The position numbers and the translations under genes were made by a program. Of a stretch of 64,000 nt of DNA, positions 50,601 through 64,000 are shown piece by piece. Where the stretch lies: positions 1 to 64,000 of the forward strand of contig NW_026859403.1 of NCBI RefSeq assembly GCF_026571515.1, read 5' to 3'. Numbering within the stretch: position 1 is the first letter of the stretch; the number at the start of each line of letters is the position of its first letter. This stretch comes from Ruditapes philippinarum. Lineage: Eukaryota. Below the pieces are notes generated by a model. The model ran no database searches and had not been told where the DNA came from. It saw nothing but the letters and a program-made list of their open reading frames with translations.

Positions 50601-53484
50601 ATAATTGACTGGATAGTAGATGCCAATTTACTCGCATGTGACATTTCTTTTTTCTCATTTATTTGCAATATACATGTTTTTAAAATGTCAAGTTTGAAGA
50701 CAAACTGTTTGTGCATGACACTGTACAATACTATCATTGAAAAGTATGATAAATTTGGTTTTATATTGCACATATAATGCAGAAAATATGTTCTTTGTAT
50801 TTCTAAAATAAACGCAGTACCTTGTAAATATATAATATGAATGAAAACACATTAAAGCACTTTTGCACTAATTTCAGAAAAACAAAATCTGAATTAATGT
50901 GAAATTCATTCAAACAGAATTCAAGAAAACACAATTCTACAATTATTTACTTATTTTCACAAGCATAGAAGTGAAACAGAGACCAAATAAATTGCATGTA
51001 CATGTATACTCGTACAGTGTTGTTTTCTAATAAGTATGTTAAGATAAAATTCAAGAAGGTCTATTTTGCATTGTGTGATACAATTGTGTGATAATAATAT
51101 ATATGTAGTCCAAATATACAAATTGTTAAATTGAAATGAGAAAATATTGGTTTTATCTTTATAATCGACGAAAAAAAATGTTTACACAATTAACTTTAAT
51201 TTTAGTAGCAATGTGTAAGCTATAGAAAAGTTCTGTTACATGATTACCCAAACAAACCTGACATATATGTATGTATCTACTTTATGTTGGTGTATACGGC
51301 TACAATTTCGGTTATACTTATTAGATAAATATTGATACAAGAATATCATATCATACTGACACACCCTTATTATTTTGCAGTCAAAATATTGTCTCATTGG
51401 GATCGTTGAATTATCTAACATGTGATATGATCTTGTATGAGTAGAGAGTCCTTAAAGTATTTACAAACCGACAATGAGTGTATTATGTCTCAAGAAAACG
51501 CAGAAAAGTCCCGTTTGTGGTACCAGTTTTGTATCAAACGCGTGTAAATTGAAGAAATACTAATCATTTATATGAAACAAGCGGCACCATATGGTACAAT
51601 AATCTTCCTAAATAGACATTTTTCCATTAAAACAAAACAAAAATCATTCAAAGAAGGTTTGATTATAACTAAGTTTTTTTTCAAAATCAGTACTTGAAAT
51701 ATAACACATTGAGAAAAAATAGGAAGATGAAAATCCTTCACTCAATCAAGGTACATTATGCCTCATAACTAATATTTTTTTAATTGTTTGAAAATGTCAA
51801 ATATGTCTTTAATTATGTTTGATATTGGATTTAGAGCATGTAATAAGATACCAAAAATAAAAAGTTTTTGAGAAAATAAAATTCAGCCTTTCTGAGGCAT
51901 AATGTTTAACAAGCATGAATTACATAAAGCATTGAGCCATTGATCTTCAGGTTTCTATAAAAACAACTTCTTGAAATAACTCGTTCTTATAAATGTTTCT
52001 GCATTTGATGTTAAATTTAAGATATTAATCGGCTTTCACATGAAGTAAACGATTGCCTTAAAGTAATTAAATCAGACTTTGATCAAGGCTAAGCGAATTT
52101 GTAAATCATCTAGTATCTTGTCTGTCAAATACATCTGTCATTATAATTTAAAAAAAAAAGTTTAAACCTTTTTCTTAAATCTTACAAAAGTTGTGTTTGT
52201 ATTTCACTTCGAGTATTATATGGAAATAAAATAGATTGGAGAATTGTCTTATGAAAAAAAAATGTATGTGAAACTTCTTTACATTAATGTCCATTTCTGA
52301 TGAGTAAATATCGTTCTGAAAAAATATTCGTTTTCACTTCATTTTAATTATTGTAATCAGATCATTTGTAATGATTAAAAACTAGGAAGAAACTTTTGTT
52401 GTAATTAGCTTCTGAGAAAAGCTTTAAATAAAGGGCAATAGAAACACCTATGATTTATCCTAATGATGATTGGGAAGATAAATAGCAATTAATAGGTATA
52501 CTGTTAACCTAACATTCTTGTAACAACCATTTTATTAAGTATGTGTTATTACGCTTCTTTTATAATATCAAAGTATTATTCATGCAGGCTCTACTAGATA
52601 ATAATATTTTTTTTTAAAGCCATCAACTGACATTGAAACGATAAACACATTGATAAGCCCTGATCATTTGTCACCGTGAATCGATGGAGGATTAAATTTA
52701 ATTCGTTCAATAACAATATTTACAAATATAAAATTTAGTCTGGAATTTCCAAACGGGATAAAATATACCAGTGAAACAAAAGAATCAGAAAATGTTTTGA
52801 AAATGGAATACTAGTATATAAAAAGAATTCTTCAAGCACTTAACATTAAATAACAAACATTAATAACACCGATGCGTTATCAAAAGAAGGTTAATTTATA
52901 AATACATGTACTTTGAAAAGTCGGCATGGAAATATCTAAATCACATACAGTTGTGGTTATTTCTCTATGTAATGAGCAGCAGAAGGAATTCTAAATTGGT
53001 CATGTTTCAGGGAAGAGAACATATCAGAATTACTCGGCTAAAATGTTGTTATAAAGACATAATTTAGATAATCAATACATAGGTTGTAACCGTAGGTTAC
53101 AGTACCTGAACACTTATATTGATTGCTTATTAATAGTTTAAAAAGTTCTATAAATGGTCTTATAGTGGATTGATCTACAATTAGCACATTTTCCTAAAGT
53201 GTTTCAAATATTAATAAAGGCAATAGAAATGTGTCGTTTGAATTTTAATATAAAGATATCAAATATCGTTTGAAGTGATTTAGTATGAACATTTATATAA
53301 TGATTTATAATGTTATGTTTCTTCTATATAAGTAAATGTAATAGCGGATAATGCATTATACATTTACAAACAGCATACATATGCAATCATTTCATTGTTT
53401 GTTGTTTTGTCTAACACAAAATAGTAGAAACGTAATTATTTTCTGTAAAAAAGACCTTACTTTAATGTAGCACAACTACCAAAC

Positions 53485-54196
53485 AAACAGGACATGTTTA
53501 AGACAAATGTCCCGAAAGTTCGACATAGTAAAGGAACATGACCTTTGACTTCAAAAGAGCGTATGCATGTAAAAATAAATATTATGTTTTAATAATATAT
53601 AGAAACTTTAACAAACACTTTCTTGTATTCCAATTATTTCAAGACGCATTAATGAATGAATGGCAAAATATGACAAGAAACATACATCATTGGAATATTG
53701 ACATCAAAATGCATGTATACAATTCATCTTTTTAATTGTCAACTGGTACTAGTATTTGCTTGTGTCATGTCTTATTTATAATGATCTAGGCATGCTTGAC
53801 TCAACACAACTTGTTTGTACTTCTAGGGAAATTACATATTGAAACTGTGGACGTACACTTGTCACCTTGACCTTTGAGCAAGAAACATGACTATTGCTAG
53901 TAACACACTTTCGTTGATGTAACACATATTAACGCCAAAGAATAAAAAATTAATCCAATAATGACTGCATTGTTGATAGGTTGCTTCGACAAATTCATAA
54001 TATTAATTTAGATGTTCACGTGTGAAAAGAGACCAAATTCTCGCGTATGGCAAGTCGTTATTGTGAGCTACATATTTCTGCCAAGTTATTAAAATATATC
54101 CAACAATAACAGAATCTTTGACGACAACAATATTGCTCATGTATCTTATCTAACAATACTGTTAGAAAAAATTTAAATACATTTCGGGGGACATAA
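53485..54196 (-). mobile_element. Highly degenerate Helentron-type element
   Basis: Starts aacaggacatg...aaatgtccc, contains tgacctttga motifs and ends ttcgggggacataaa. Confidence 0.45.
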
Positions 54197-56966
54197 AGCT
54201 AAAATGCATACAAAGAATTATAAAAGCAAAAAATTATTTAAATTCATAATTCACACAATATCGTAATTGTCTATATTAAACAATTATCATAACAACATTA
54301 AATGATTTCTATTCAAAACTTTCATCAGTGCCCATGAAATGGAATGGAATTATTTTGGAAGAATATTGTTTCGGCATAGCATTGTGTATGTTATATTTAA
54401 CAATATAATTAATTGATGACAGACTTGTCAAATGATTAGTTTCATCAGTCCAAGTGTTAATTAAACAAACACACTCTTGCAGTTTAATGTTTGCTGTCTT
54501 TTGATAACCAACTTATGCTGTCTGGAGAGATCTTTAAGCCTTAATCCGTCAAATCGACTTAAACCATTTCTGATCTTTATAAATTAATTAATTAATTGTT
54601 TAATTCGCCTTAAACAATTAAGTTGTCGCTGTCAATTTTGTTTAAAGTTTTATACTTCTTGCGACCAGAATTAATACATATGTCTTTCAATATATATAAA
54701 TACCCTTTAAATACATTTTAAAGTTATCGTACTGGCATTTTCAAACTTTCCTAAGTCTGGTTTACTTCAAAAGTGTCATCAAATATGCATGTTATTGGCA
54801 GCAATATATGTTGTGAGAGATGGAGAGAAATGGACGCAGTAATATGTCTTCAACTCGTTTTCTTAGAGAAAGGATTTTCTGCAAAAATGATTAAACATTA
54901 CTTAAATACTTCCTCATACGTAATAATAGAAAAGAATGTATAGCTCTTTAGTAATATCAGACACGCGTATAAAATTGATGCATATTTCAGTTGAGAAATT
55001 CAGAAATTCAGAGCATGTTTGCAGCCAAAATACTAATGTATATGGAAATAAATTAAAAACGTTTTCTAATTATGTTTTAACTCAAATGCCATGAAATATG
55101 TAAGTCACTGAATTTGCAAGGCTATATTTATATTGCTTTGAAATGCTCACTAACAGTAACAGGTATAAAAAAGATAACAGAACATGAACAAGCAATATCA
55201 ATAGATAATCAAAGCCAAGGATCATTGACTTAATATGATTTGATTTTTATCGGAATATTTATAAAGAATGTTCTTGTCTTTTGAATTGAAAGCTGTACAA
55301 TCCTTGATATTCAATACAGAATATGTACAGAATATAACATGCTCTCTAAAGTGCATTAGTCTGTAAACGAAGGTCTGTAATATAATGGGTAACAACAAAC
55401 CACGGATGAGTTATACATGGAAGTTGATGGCAAATGTGAGAAACATTATCCGATATTACTTACATTTACACTGCAGGTATTATTTATCGATACAACGGAA
55501 GACTGTTACCTGAATTTTAGAAAGGTATGAGGAAATTCAATAACATCATGTTCATGCGAGTCAAAGATATCAAAGCAACTTGACATTGGTGATAAATAAA
55601 GAGTTATTGTTAATTGAGTTTTTTTTGTTGATCAATCTATTTTTTTATTAAATTGCTTCAAAGCCTCGACTGACCCACCAGTTAATGTTAACCCCACAAC
55701 ACCTCAGACGAAAGTCCCGGTTGTTAAATGTCAAAGTATTCGGCAAATCAACGTTCCACCTAAACCACCATAAAATCAATTGCCTAAAAACAAAAATCAA
55801 TCAACTTCTTACAACAACAAAAAATCAGAAAAAATAAGGGTCGATTAAATAATAACGATAAAAGAACTGTCAAAAATGCAATCAATTTACTGGAAATAAC
55901 CTACGGACAAGACATTTTCAGAATGCTACTGCTAAGATATAACAATTCGTAAAAAATTGACCTAAGTTTATAATTGAAATATTGTTTTAAAATAAATTTA
56001 TTAAAAGTTCAAATCATTGTTAAATATGTTTGCATTTAATTTCCTGCAAAATATCCTAGTTCGTTATTTATTACCATAGCGCGACAAGAATGACCGTTTC
56101 GTTTTAACAACCATTTTACCACTCGGAACGTCCGAAAAGTTGCGATTGCCCTTCCCCAAATATGAATTCATTCCATAATGGGCGTCGCACTTCGGCGCGG
56201 ACGCCAATCATTCTTCAGATAAGTCATTCTAAATCACTACGAATTTTACTGATACATTGTACTAGTATTTCCTTTAATAAGAATACCCAAATGATACATT
56301 TCTATTGTTTTTTTATCAATTTCTATACAGTGTATGCCTATTTACTTTAAAATAGTGACAATTCGAACTTTTGAGGTCTTCCAACACTTCCAACATGACA
56401 CAGTAATGTAAATAAAATAATATATGAAACAAGAAATTGAATTATTTTATTAAATTCCGTTACAAAAGATGATTTGTGTGAAACATTATGGAGTGCTAAC
56501 GACTAATTAAACTTGATTTACTGTGGTATGACGAAAAACATATTCAGAAGTATCCTGATAAATATAAAATAAGGCGTTTTGGGATTATATTCCAAGACAA
56601 ATTTGATGACGCACATGGCTTTATTAGATAAGCGGGCTGTTGTTATCAAATAACAGAGTCAAGATCTCAGATTTATAATTATATTCTGTATGTTAAAAGT
56701 CTAATCTGGTACATTTATTGTTCCTTAAAGATATACCTGTCTGAACTTTCGCAGACTTAAAATAACTACTTTTATATGATGATGATCAACTGCTATATGT
56801 TTTACGGTAGATAATAGGCCAATTGCGTCGGATGTGCCTGTCTTGTATACATATTGATAAATAACCATATTTATATGTTAACACAAGTAACGATAATTAA
56901 CATATTCTTAACTTATCTCTTCATATGATTGAATCGTCGTACAATGAGCACTTTTAAAATTAGTTG

Positions 56967-57274
56967 ATTATTTAGTCTTAAACAAGCCATTTGTGCTCAA
57001 AATTGATGTTTTATCAACAAGTAAATAAACGTGGTTTTTAATAGTTCCTACACTGCAATAATGACATCTGATAAAATCTGAGACCACGTGACCTTGGTCA
57101 AGGCAAATACATTCATGAATTATTATTTAGTCTTAAACAAGCCATTTGTGCTCAAAATTGATGTTTTATCAACAAGTAAATAAACGTGGTTTTTAATAGT
57201 TCCTACACTGCAATAATGACATCTGATAAAATCTGAGACCACGTGACCTTGGTCAAGGCAAATACATTCATGAA
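56967..57274. repeat. 153-bp perfect tandem duplication
   Basis: 56967-57119 equals 57122-57274, separated by TT. Confidence 0.95.
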
Positions 57275-60200
57275 AAGATAATGTTTCGCCTGAACATTCA
57301 ATTTTCTATGCATAAATACATTAAACGCATGATTCTTGCCTCCATTTGCCTCCATTTGTTTTTCATGTGTTTTACCTCTTATTTTCTGATAATTACATGG
57401 GATCATCAATATCATGTCCTTTATAAGACATCTTTATTACACACAGTTTGATGAAATGACATGAAAAGAAGTACGATTTCGACTGTGTGTTTTTGATATA
57501 GATAATAATTAAAAAATTTGCAAATTTAGGAGATATTTTCATATAGTCTCAATTTAATGTGGTTTTTAGATAAATAATATTCAAAAATATGAAGGAAAGG
57601 CTGTATTATGTATATCATTATTATAAAGTCTTGATTATATTTTCACAAAAAAATGAAAAACAAAAGACATGATACAAATACTTACGTGTTCTATGTATTA
57701 TATCAATCTTTTGCTTTACGTCATATTGTGTACAATTAAGCAAATCTATGATGGCAAAATCTGAATAACAATTTTTGTTTTGCAGCATCATTTTCGTGAA
57801 TAATGCTCGCCTATTTGTTGAAATGAATTGAATAACACATAGAGTTTTATGCTTGTTTCTTAAATTTTAACAATCCTTTTTTTATCAGTTACATGAAACA
57901 GTTACCGTGTGGAATATTTTTATTCGTGCACATAACTTTTAAATCCGAATATCCTCTTTTATATAATGTTAATTGTATCATGTGACAAGGAACATAGCTT
58001 GTTTAGTTTACAGAATAAAGAATCTTGAATCTTGTATTTTACATTCTTTCTTGAAAATGCTTGACTAAATTAATGTATGGTGTGTTTGGCAACCTTTTAG
58101 GTTCCAACTTGATCTATTTTTGATTAAACTTGCAAAAATATAATCTTAAAATTCAACAAAAATGTTCTGTATGGTCACAGATATAGTCATTAATGTTTTT
58201 GTATTCCGTATCTTAGACTTTCTTGAGTTAATGCTCAAGTTTTAAATAAAGCAAAACACCATTATCCGCTTTATTCAACAATTTATCTTCCGGCGTAAAA
58301 TGACGTTTATTAGCGAGCATAGAAGAACATGAAACAGAACGTGACGAAATGACGAAAACAATTATGCCAAAAGGTATAATTTTAGTGAGACACATCAATA
58401 GTTTAACAATAATAGGTTATTAACTAAAAGTACAATAATACATTCAGTTCAAACGGTACAAGCATGCACAGTTGTATATTAATTTTAGTGACTACATGTT
58501 TCATAAAATTTTACTACATTTCAGATCATCATGTATATATAAATTAGAAACACTTTTATTTTTTGAATGACGTAAACAAATTTCTATTTATTATTACGAT
58601 TGTTATAATTTCCCACCTTTTTTCATCGTTCGCATAACATTCAATTATTGAATACCGCTGCAATTGCTCGACATATATACAGTGTCAGTTTTATGATGTT
58701 GAAACTATGAAATTAATAGTAATAGTATTACTAGTTGAAATGTAGGTATCAAATATGTATCGCTTTGGTTTTAGAAAGTTTAAATTGGGTTCTTAATAAA
58801 TATTGTAATCTGAAGTTCATGTACAAAAATAAATTCATGATAAAAGTATACAAACGAGTGCCAGTCGTACATGTATGAACATGCAATTCCGTTCATAAAA
58901 CTTTCATAAAAAGTTTTTATTCAACAGTTGAAAACGTGCAAAACACGATACATTAATCAAATGGCAAATAATAATAATAAAAAACAACAACAGCAGCTAA
59001 ACGACTGTAGCTTTTTGTTCTGAAGAGCCGAACAATAGAAAACGTGTCATATTTATCAAGAACATGATAAAATACATTAATTGGGCTTCTGGTCCAGTTC
59101 ATTATTGTATCTATAAGTCACCTGCTATTTATATCTGATAGGGAAACATGTTTTCTCTTGTCTTCAAAAGCGCCTGAGGATGCCTTTTGTTTACGGTGTT
59201 TGTAATATCTAATAAAACAGATAAATACTAGGTTGGTAATGATTTTTACATTATCATTTTAGTATCAGATATGTGAGGCAACAATATTTGTGTTTGTATT
59301 GAAGAAAATTAATATACACTCTAAGATTGATAAGGTAATGTCATATTTAATTGTTTAATCTCAGAAAATTGAACCGCTGTTTTCTTGTACAACACAAATC
59401 ATTTAAGCAAATTGTTGTGTTATTTCCCCAGTCACGATACCTGGTAATATTTGCAGACCATTTATTTTACAAATGAAATAAGATTGAATACAAATATTTT
59501 AAGTCGCGCTATCTTAATTATAAATAACAGTTTGTTTCTGTTTTGTAAATATGTATATCAAACCCCGGGTCAAAAATTCATTTATGACAGAAAAATATCA
59601 TTATACGGTATACATATAATTGTTTGTGGTTTTGGCACATCATTCAGCGATTGTGAGGAAACAAACATAATGAAATATATTACATGTAAAAATTCAAAAC
59701 GAAGAAATATTGTACAAAAGCAAAACGCACAGTGTTTGAGTGTACAGATTTGTTGAGCATAAGAAGCACTTTGTTGAAATAAAATTCAATATGAAATATT
59801 TCTATTCGTATATGAAAGGGTAGTATGTAGGGTAAAATTTACAAAAATACCGCACTATTTACAAAATCTTTATTTGAATTATTGTTTTCACAAATATACA
59901 AAAGGGACAAAAAGTTCGTTCATATGTAATTATATCAATTAATTATGCCTTTGATTTTATAATTTTCAGTTTAAAAACTGATCATAGCTGGTATAACAGT
60001 TGTAACATTAAATTTGTTTTAAATATCGGATGAGAAAACACACGAACTTTTTGTCGACATTTTTTATTATGAAAGCTGTGGAATAATTTGAATAACGTCA
60101 TTTAAATTAATGAGCAATGATGAATATTTATGAATACAGAAGATATTATTCAATAATGTAGTAATCAATTTTTCTCCTCTTAAATAATTGCAATATTTCA

Positions 60201-61066
60201 TCTTCAGGAAAGCAAGTAGTGTGTATGATAATTCAAATTGCAGTAATAAAGGCAGCAGATTTGTTCCACGAGCAATTGTAATGTATTCTGATGTTTTTGC
60301 CTTTTATCTGCTCGGTATAAAATCTCAAATTTAAAAGGAATACTTCGGGGGCAGATAAAGCTCAGGGACTTTTTCATTACAATAGTTTTATTAAGTCATT
60401 AAATTAAAATGGAAAATTGTTAAGAATTTTTATAGTTTGGAGAACGTTTCATAAATAAATTCCAAAAAATCAACGATTATACGTATCAATTTAGATAGCA
60501 TAATTAATTTCATGTACGTACATGCCTTTCGCTGTCCTTTTGTGAAAAAAGTTTCATTCAAAATGGCTTTACGTTCGCGAAATTTTGTTCTGACATTTTA
60601 CTGTGAATTTTACTCAAACAATACAATAAACTTGTTATCGGGATAAGAAATGCTTCAGTGTCTTTGCATAATCATTGTGCTATAATGACTATTATTACCA
60701 AGATGCAAAAAATGAAACGAAGGTCTGCATTAATGAGTTTATTATTGGCATAAAGCTGTGATATATGATGACATTAGATACCGTGGAATCACCTTTCACC
60801 CATGGAATGTTTCACACAATTTTGATTGAATATCATATAATTAGTCAATTTAGTATTTCTAGATAATCAAATATGAACCCAGGTCGATGTTATAAATTAT
60901 ATGGGTTAATATATTTCTATCCGCTTGAGAAAAAAACATCAGACAAGCTTATCCTTAATCTACATGTATGTGTAGTAAACTTATTATTAAAATTATCGCG
61001 AATACACAATTACTTTAAAATAAAATCACGTATAAATCTGTTTTTACTAATAACTGACTGGATAGT

Positions 61067-64000
61067 GAACAGAACAGAACAGAACAAACATTTTATTTGG
61101 CACAAACATATATACATGTTCATCGCCAATACGTTGTAACAATGTATGGCGGTAAAGAGTAACATAATTATGAGAAAAGTATAACATAATTTATCACACA
61201 AACATATTAACAAGACATTCGAAAAGCTGTTAACAAATTATATATACAAACTATAGTACAGGACATACATTACATATGTAAATTATTAGTACATACGTGT
61301 TTCATAAACAGGGTGATTGACATTTTTAATTGTATTTTAAGAATTTAGTTCATGTAGACAATTTTGAGAAAATAAAATAAATATTTTTATGACAATTATA
61401 CAGTTAAGACAGTAATTTAATTTATTTAAGACTTGATAAAATAATATTTAAAATGGGTACTTTATATAATTTGATAAAAGTATATTAAAATTATATTATA
61501 TAAAAAAACTTTACAAATAATCACTTTTAAAATTGAAAATTTTCCACTTTTGCAATTACCAAAAGTTTAGTATATTTTGGCAAGTTTTTTTAGAGAAACA
61601 TTTATTTTCAAAATTTCATCAAAATTTTTAAATTTTGTAATTTGGGCCAAAAAATTTAATATTTTGGCAGTTTTCCATTTTTAAATTGATTTAAAAATAT
61701 GGAAAATACCTTTTCAAGAAATGGAAAATTCATTTTAAATAAAAATTAAATTTCCCTATTGCATTTTCTATTTTTTTATAATATTCCGTTTTTCTGCTTT
61801 TTTCAATCAAAAATTTTATGTGCAGAAAAATGAAAATCAAAACAATGCATTCCTGTAATTTTATTATTAATACATATAAGATATTTCTTGTGGAAAATTC
61901 GTTTTTAATAAGCAAATTATGAAATTTTTTAATACTTTGTATACAAATTATCCCACTTTTAAAATGTATTTTTCCTTTAACTCTTTTGGAAATTTTCAAT
62001 TAAACCTTTGAGATTCAACTTTTTTACAAAATCGAAAAAGCCAAGATCATCAAATGTTCTTAAACTTAAAAAGACCATCTTTTCACAATAAACCATTAAC
62101 CTTCCCATTTCATACACTTTGAAATCAAAAAACCCGATTATTCTCAACTTTGCAATTTTTAAAAAATTCTTATTTTTCTATACACATAAAAAGGAAATCT
62201 CCCCTAGTTCCAATAAAGGTTGCTTTTACAGTTTTTTTGGCCGGTTTTTTAATTTTTGTTTTAAAAAATTGATTTTAAATATCCAAAATTCCCTTGGGGG
62301 TTTAGGGAAAGGCCCCCAAATTAAAGAACCATAATTTAAAATTTGAAATACCTACCCATCAAAAAATTTTTATCTTTTCGGGAAAATATCCATTTGCACT
62401 TTGTAAAACCCGGGGAAATTTTAATAAATTTTAGTGATTTTTTTGGGCCTGCTTTGACAAAGGGCTTTCTGTTTTTTGATAAAATTTTAAACCATTTGAA
62501 GATAGAGAAAAACACCAAGAATTTTAAAAGGGTTTTTAACAATATCCCAATTTTTCATTATTAAAAAAAAAAAATTTTATTCCGATTTCCTTTTAAAAAG
62601 CATTACTACATTTTTGTTCGTTTTTACGATAATACCCCCACTTGATTTTAGTTTGTTTTAAAAAAAGGGCTGAAAAACCACCACAAGTAAGAAAAAAAGC
62701 AGTTTTGTAAAGCAAATACAATAGAAATTCAAAAATTCGAAACAGTAAATGAAATTTAAAGTTTTTTTCCCCAAATTTTGAATTCGTCTACCCATTAAAA
62801 AAAAACAGAAAAAAATAGAGGAGAAAATTTGGTTTTTCTTGTTTTACTCCCTTTAAATTTTGGTGTGAAATAGTCAGAAAAACAGCCTTTTTATTTTTGA
62901 CACTTTCTTTACATTCCCAAAATATACTTTAAGCATTTTAAATTTTTTTGATGATGCACCATAAAAAATTAATTTAAACCCAAAACCCTTTTTCTGTATA
63001 TCCACATCAAATCTTTTTAAAATCTACAAAAGCAAATTATCCCTTTTCTTTTTTTAATTTTCCCAATATTCAAATTTAAATACAAAATTTCAAAAAAAAT
63101 GCAATCAACAGTGTTTTTTTCCTTTACTAAAACCAATTGACATTCATACTAATCATTTAGCATTTTGGGCGACACATTTCTTAGTCGTTATTAATATGAT
63201 TGAAAATATTTTGAAAAGATACTTGTAAGGGTAATACTCTAAGAATAATTTACATTAGTCAGGTCACCTTTTTTAGGTACAGGCACCACAATACCTTAGT
63301 CCAACTTTCTGGATATATAACCTTTTGAATACATGTGGTTAAAAAATTTACATAATAATGCCTGAAATAATGTGTTTACAATCTATAATAAAGTTTAGGT
63401 GTAAGAAGATCATCCCCACTACTTTTGCCTTTTTTCAGAGACGTAAATTGCCCTTTCAATTTCTTCAATTGAAAAATCTACATCTTATATTCATCAACTA
63501 AAATATCGTCTGATTCCGAGTTATTTATATTATCTTCAACATGCCCTATCAGTAAAAATATCCCTGTCTGTACCGTTAACAAATCTTTAAAATGTTCATA
63601 AAATTGATCTTTATTTTATTTTAGACCCTTTTGGATTAATTGACTTAATTTTTTTTAATCTCAGACCAAAATTTTTTGAGGACTTTTTTTGCTAAATTTA
63701 AATTTTACCCTTTCGCCCTTTTTTTGAAATTGTCAAATCGCTCTTCGTTTTGTTTTTTTTATATCGTCTTGGGCCTTAAAAAAAAATCTTTATTACCCGT
63801 AGCCATTACATTTTTTATAATATTTTTCTTTAAACTTTAATTCTTTCTTGCAACTTCACATTCTTTTTTAAAACCAAGGATTTTTCCCTTTACGTTCATT
63901 GTTTTTTAAAAACAAATGTACAATTTTTTCTGTCCCAAAAACAAAAACAAGAAATTATCATAAAAAACAGAGTTTTATCATTTTTACCTGATAAAAATCT
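61067..64000 (-). mobile_element. LINE (CR1/L2-group-like) ORF2 and 3' tail, heavily frameshifted, extends beyond the window
   Basis: (TTCTG)n tail with AATAAA at 61067-61100. RT N-terminal motifs LKKGKSSGDDLL (~63400-63440) and GIVVPVPKKGDLTNVNY..SITLTSIFSK (~63210-63295). ELGRFP-like motif near 62190-62215. Confidence 0.85.

Larger units (their letters stand above)
45538..61066. repeat. Older dispersed duplication: 45538-45882 plus 48625-50617 match 58708-61066
   Basis: Colinear matches throughout (e.g. cattaattgggcttctggtccagttcattattg and ctgctcggtataaaatctcaaatttaaaaggaatacttcggggg) with many substitutions and indels. Confidence 0.9.

Noticed and set aside
61730-62564. K/F/I-rich ORFs
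   Set aside because: Low-complexity products of homopolymer-rich, frameshifted LINE sequence.

Overview
AT-rich eukaryotic (metazoan) genomic DNA, most likely from a bivalve mollusc (inferred from the repeat types). There are no prokaryotic genes or CRISPR arrays, and almost all listed ORFs are spurious. The one intact protein-coding gene is a two-exon class A neuropeptide GPCR of the luqin/RYamide/tachykinin-receptor type on the minus strand (42333..41617 joined to 38539..38102, ~384 aa). The rest is a dense transposable-element landscape. It includes Helentron-type non-autonomous elements carrying 146-167 bp satellite arrays and two tRNA-Ser-derived SINE families with clear target-site duplications (TSDs). 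It also includes a 2.8 kb long-TIR DNA element with a 5-bp TSD, Harbinger-, Kolobok- and Crypton-like MITEs, several decayed LINE fragments, and two segmental duplications. The most unusual signal is a cluster of small 5'-truncated non-coding elements (called X, Y and Z here) at 1.3-11 kb. Y and Z share a structured module whose two stems differ in sequence but remain base-paired (covariation). This suggests a functional folded RNA or ssDNA motif spread by a retroposon, possibly Penelope/Naiad-like.
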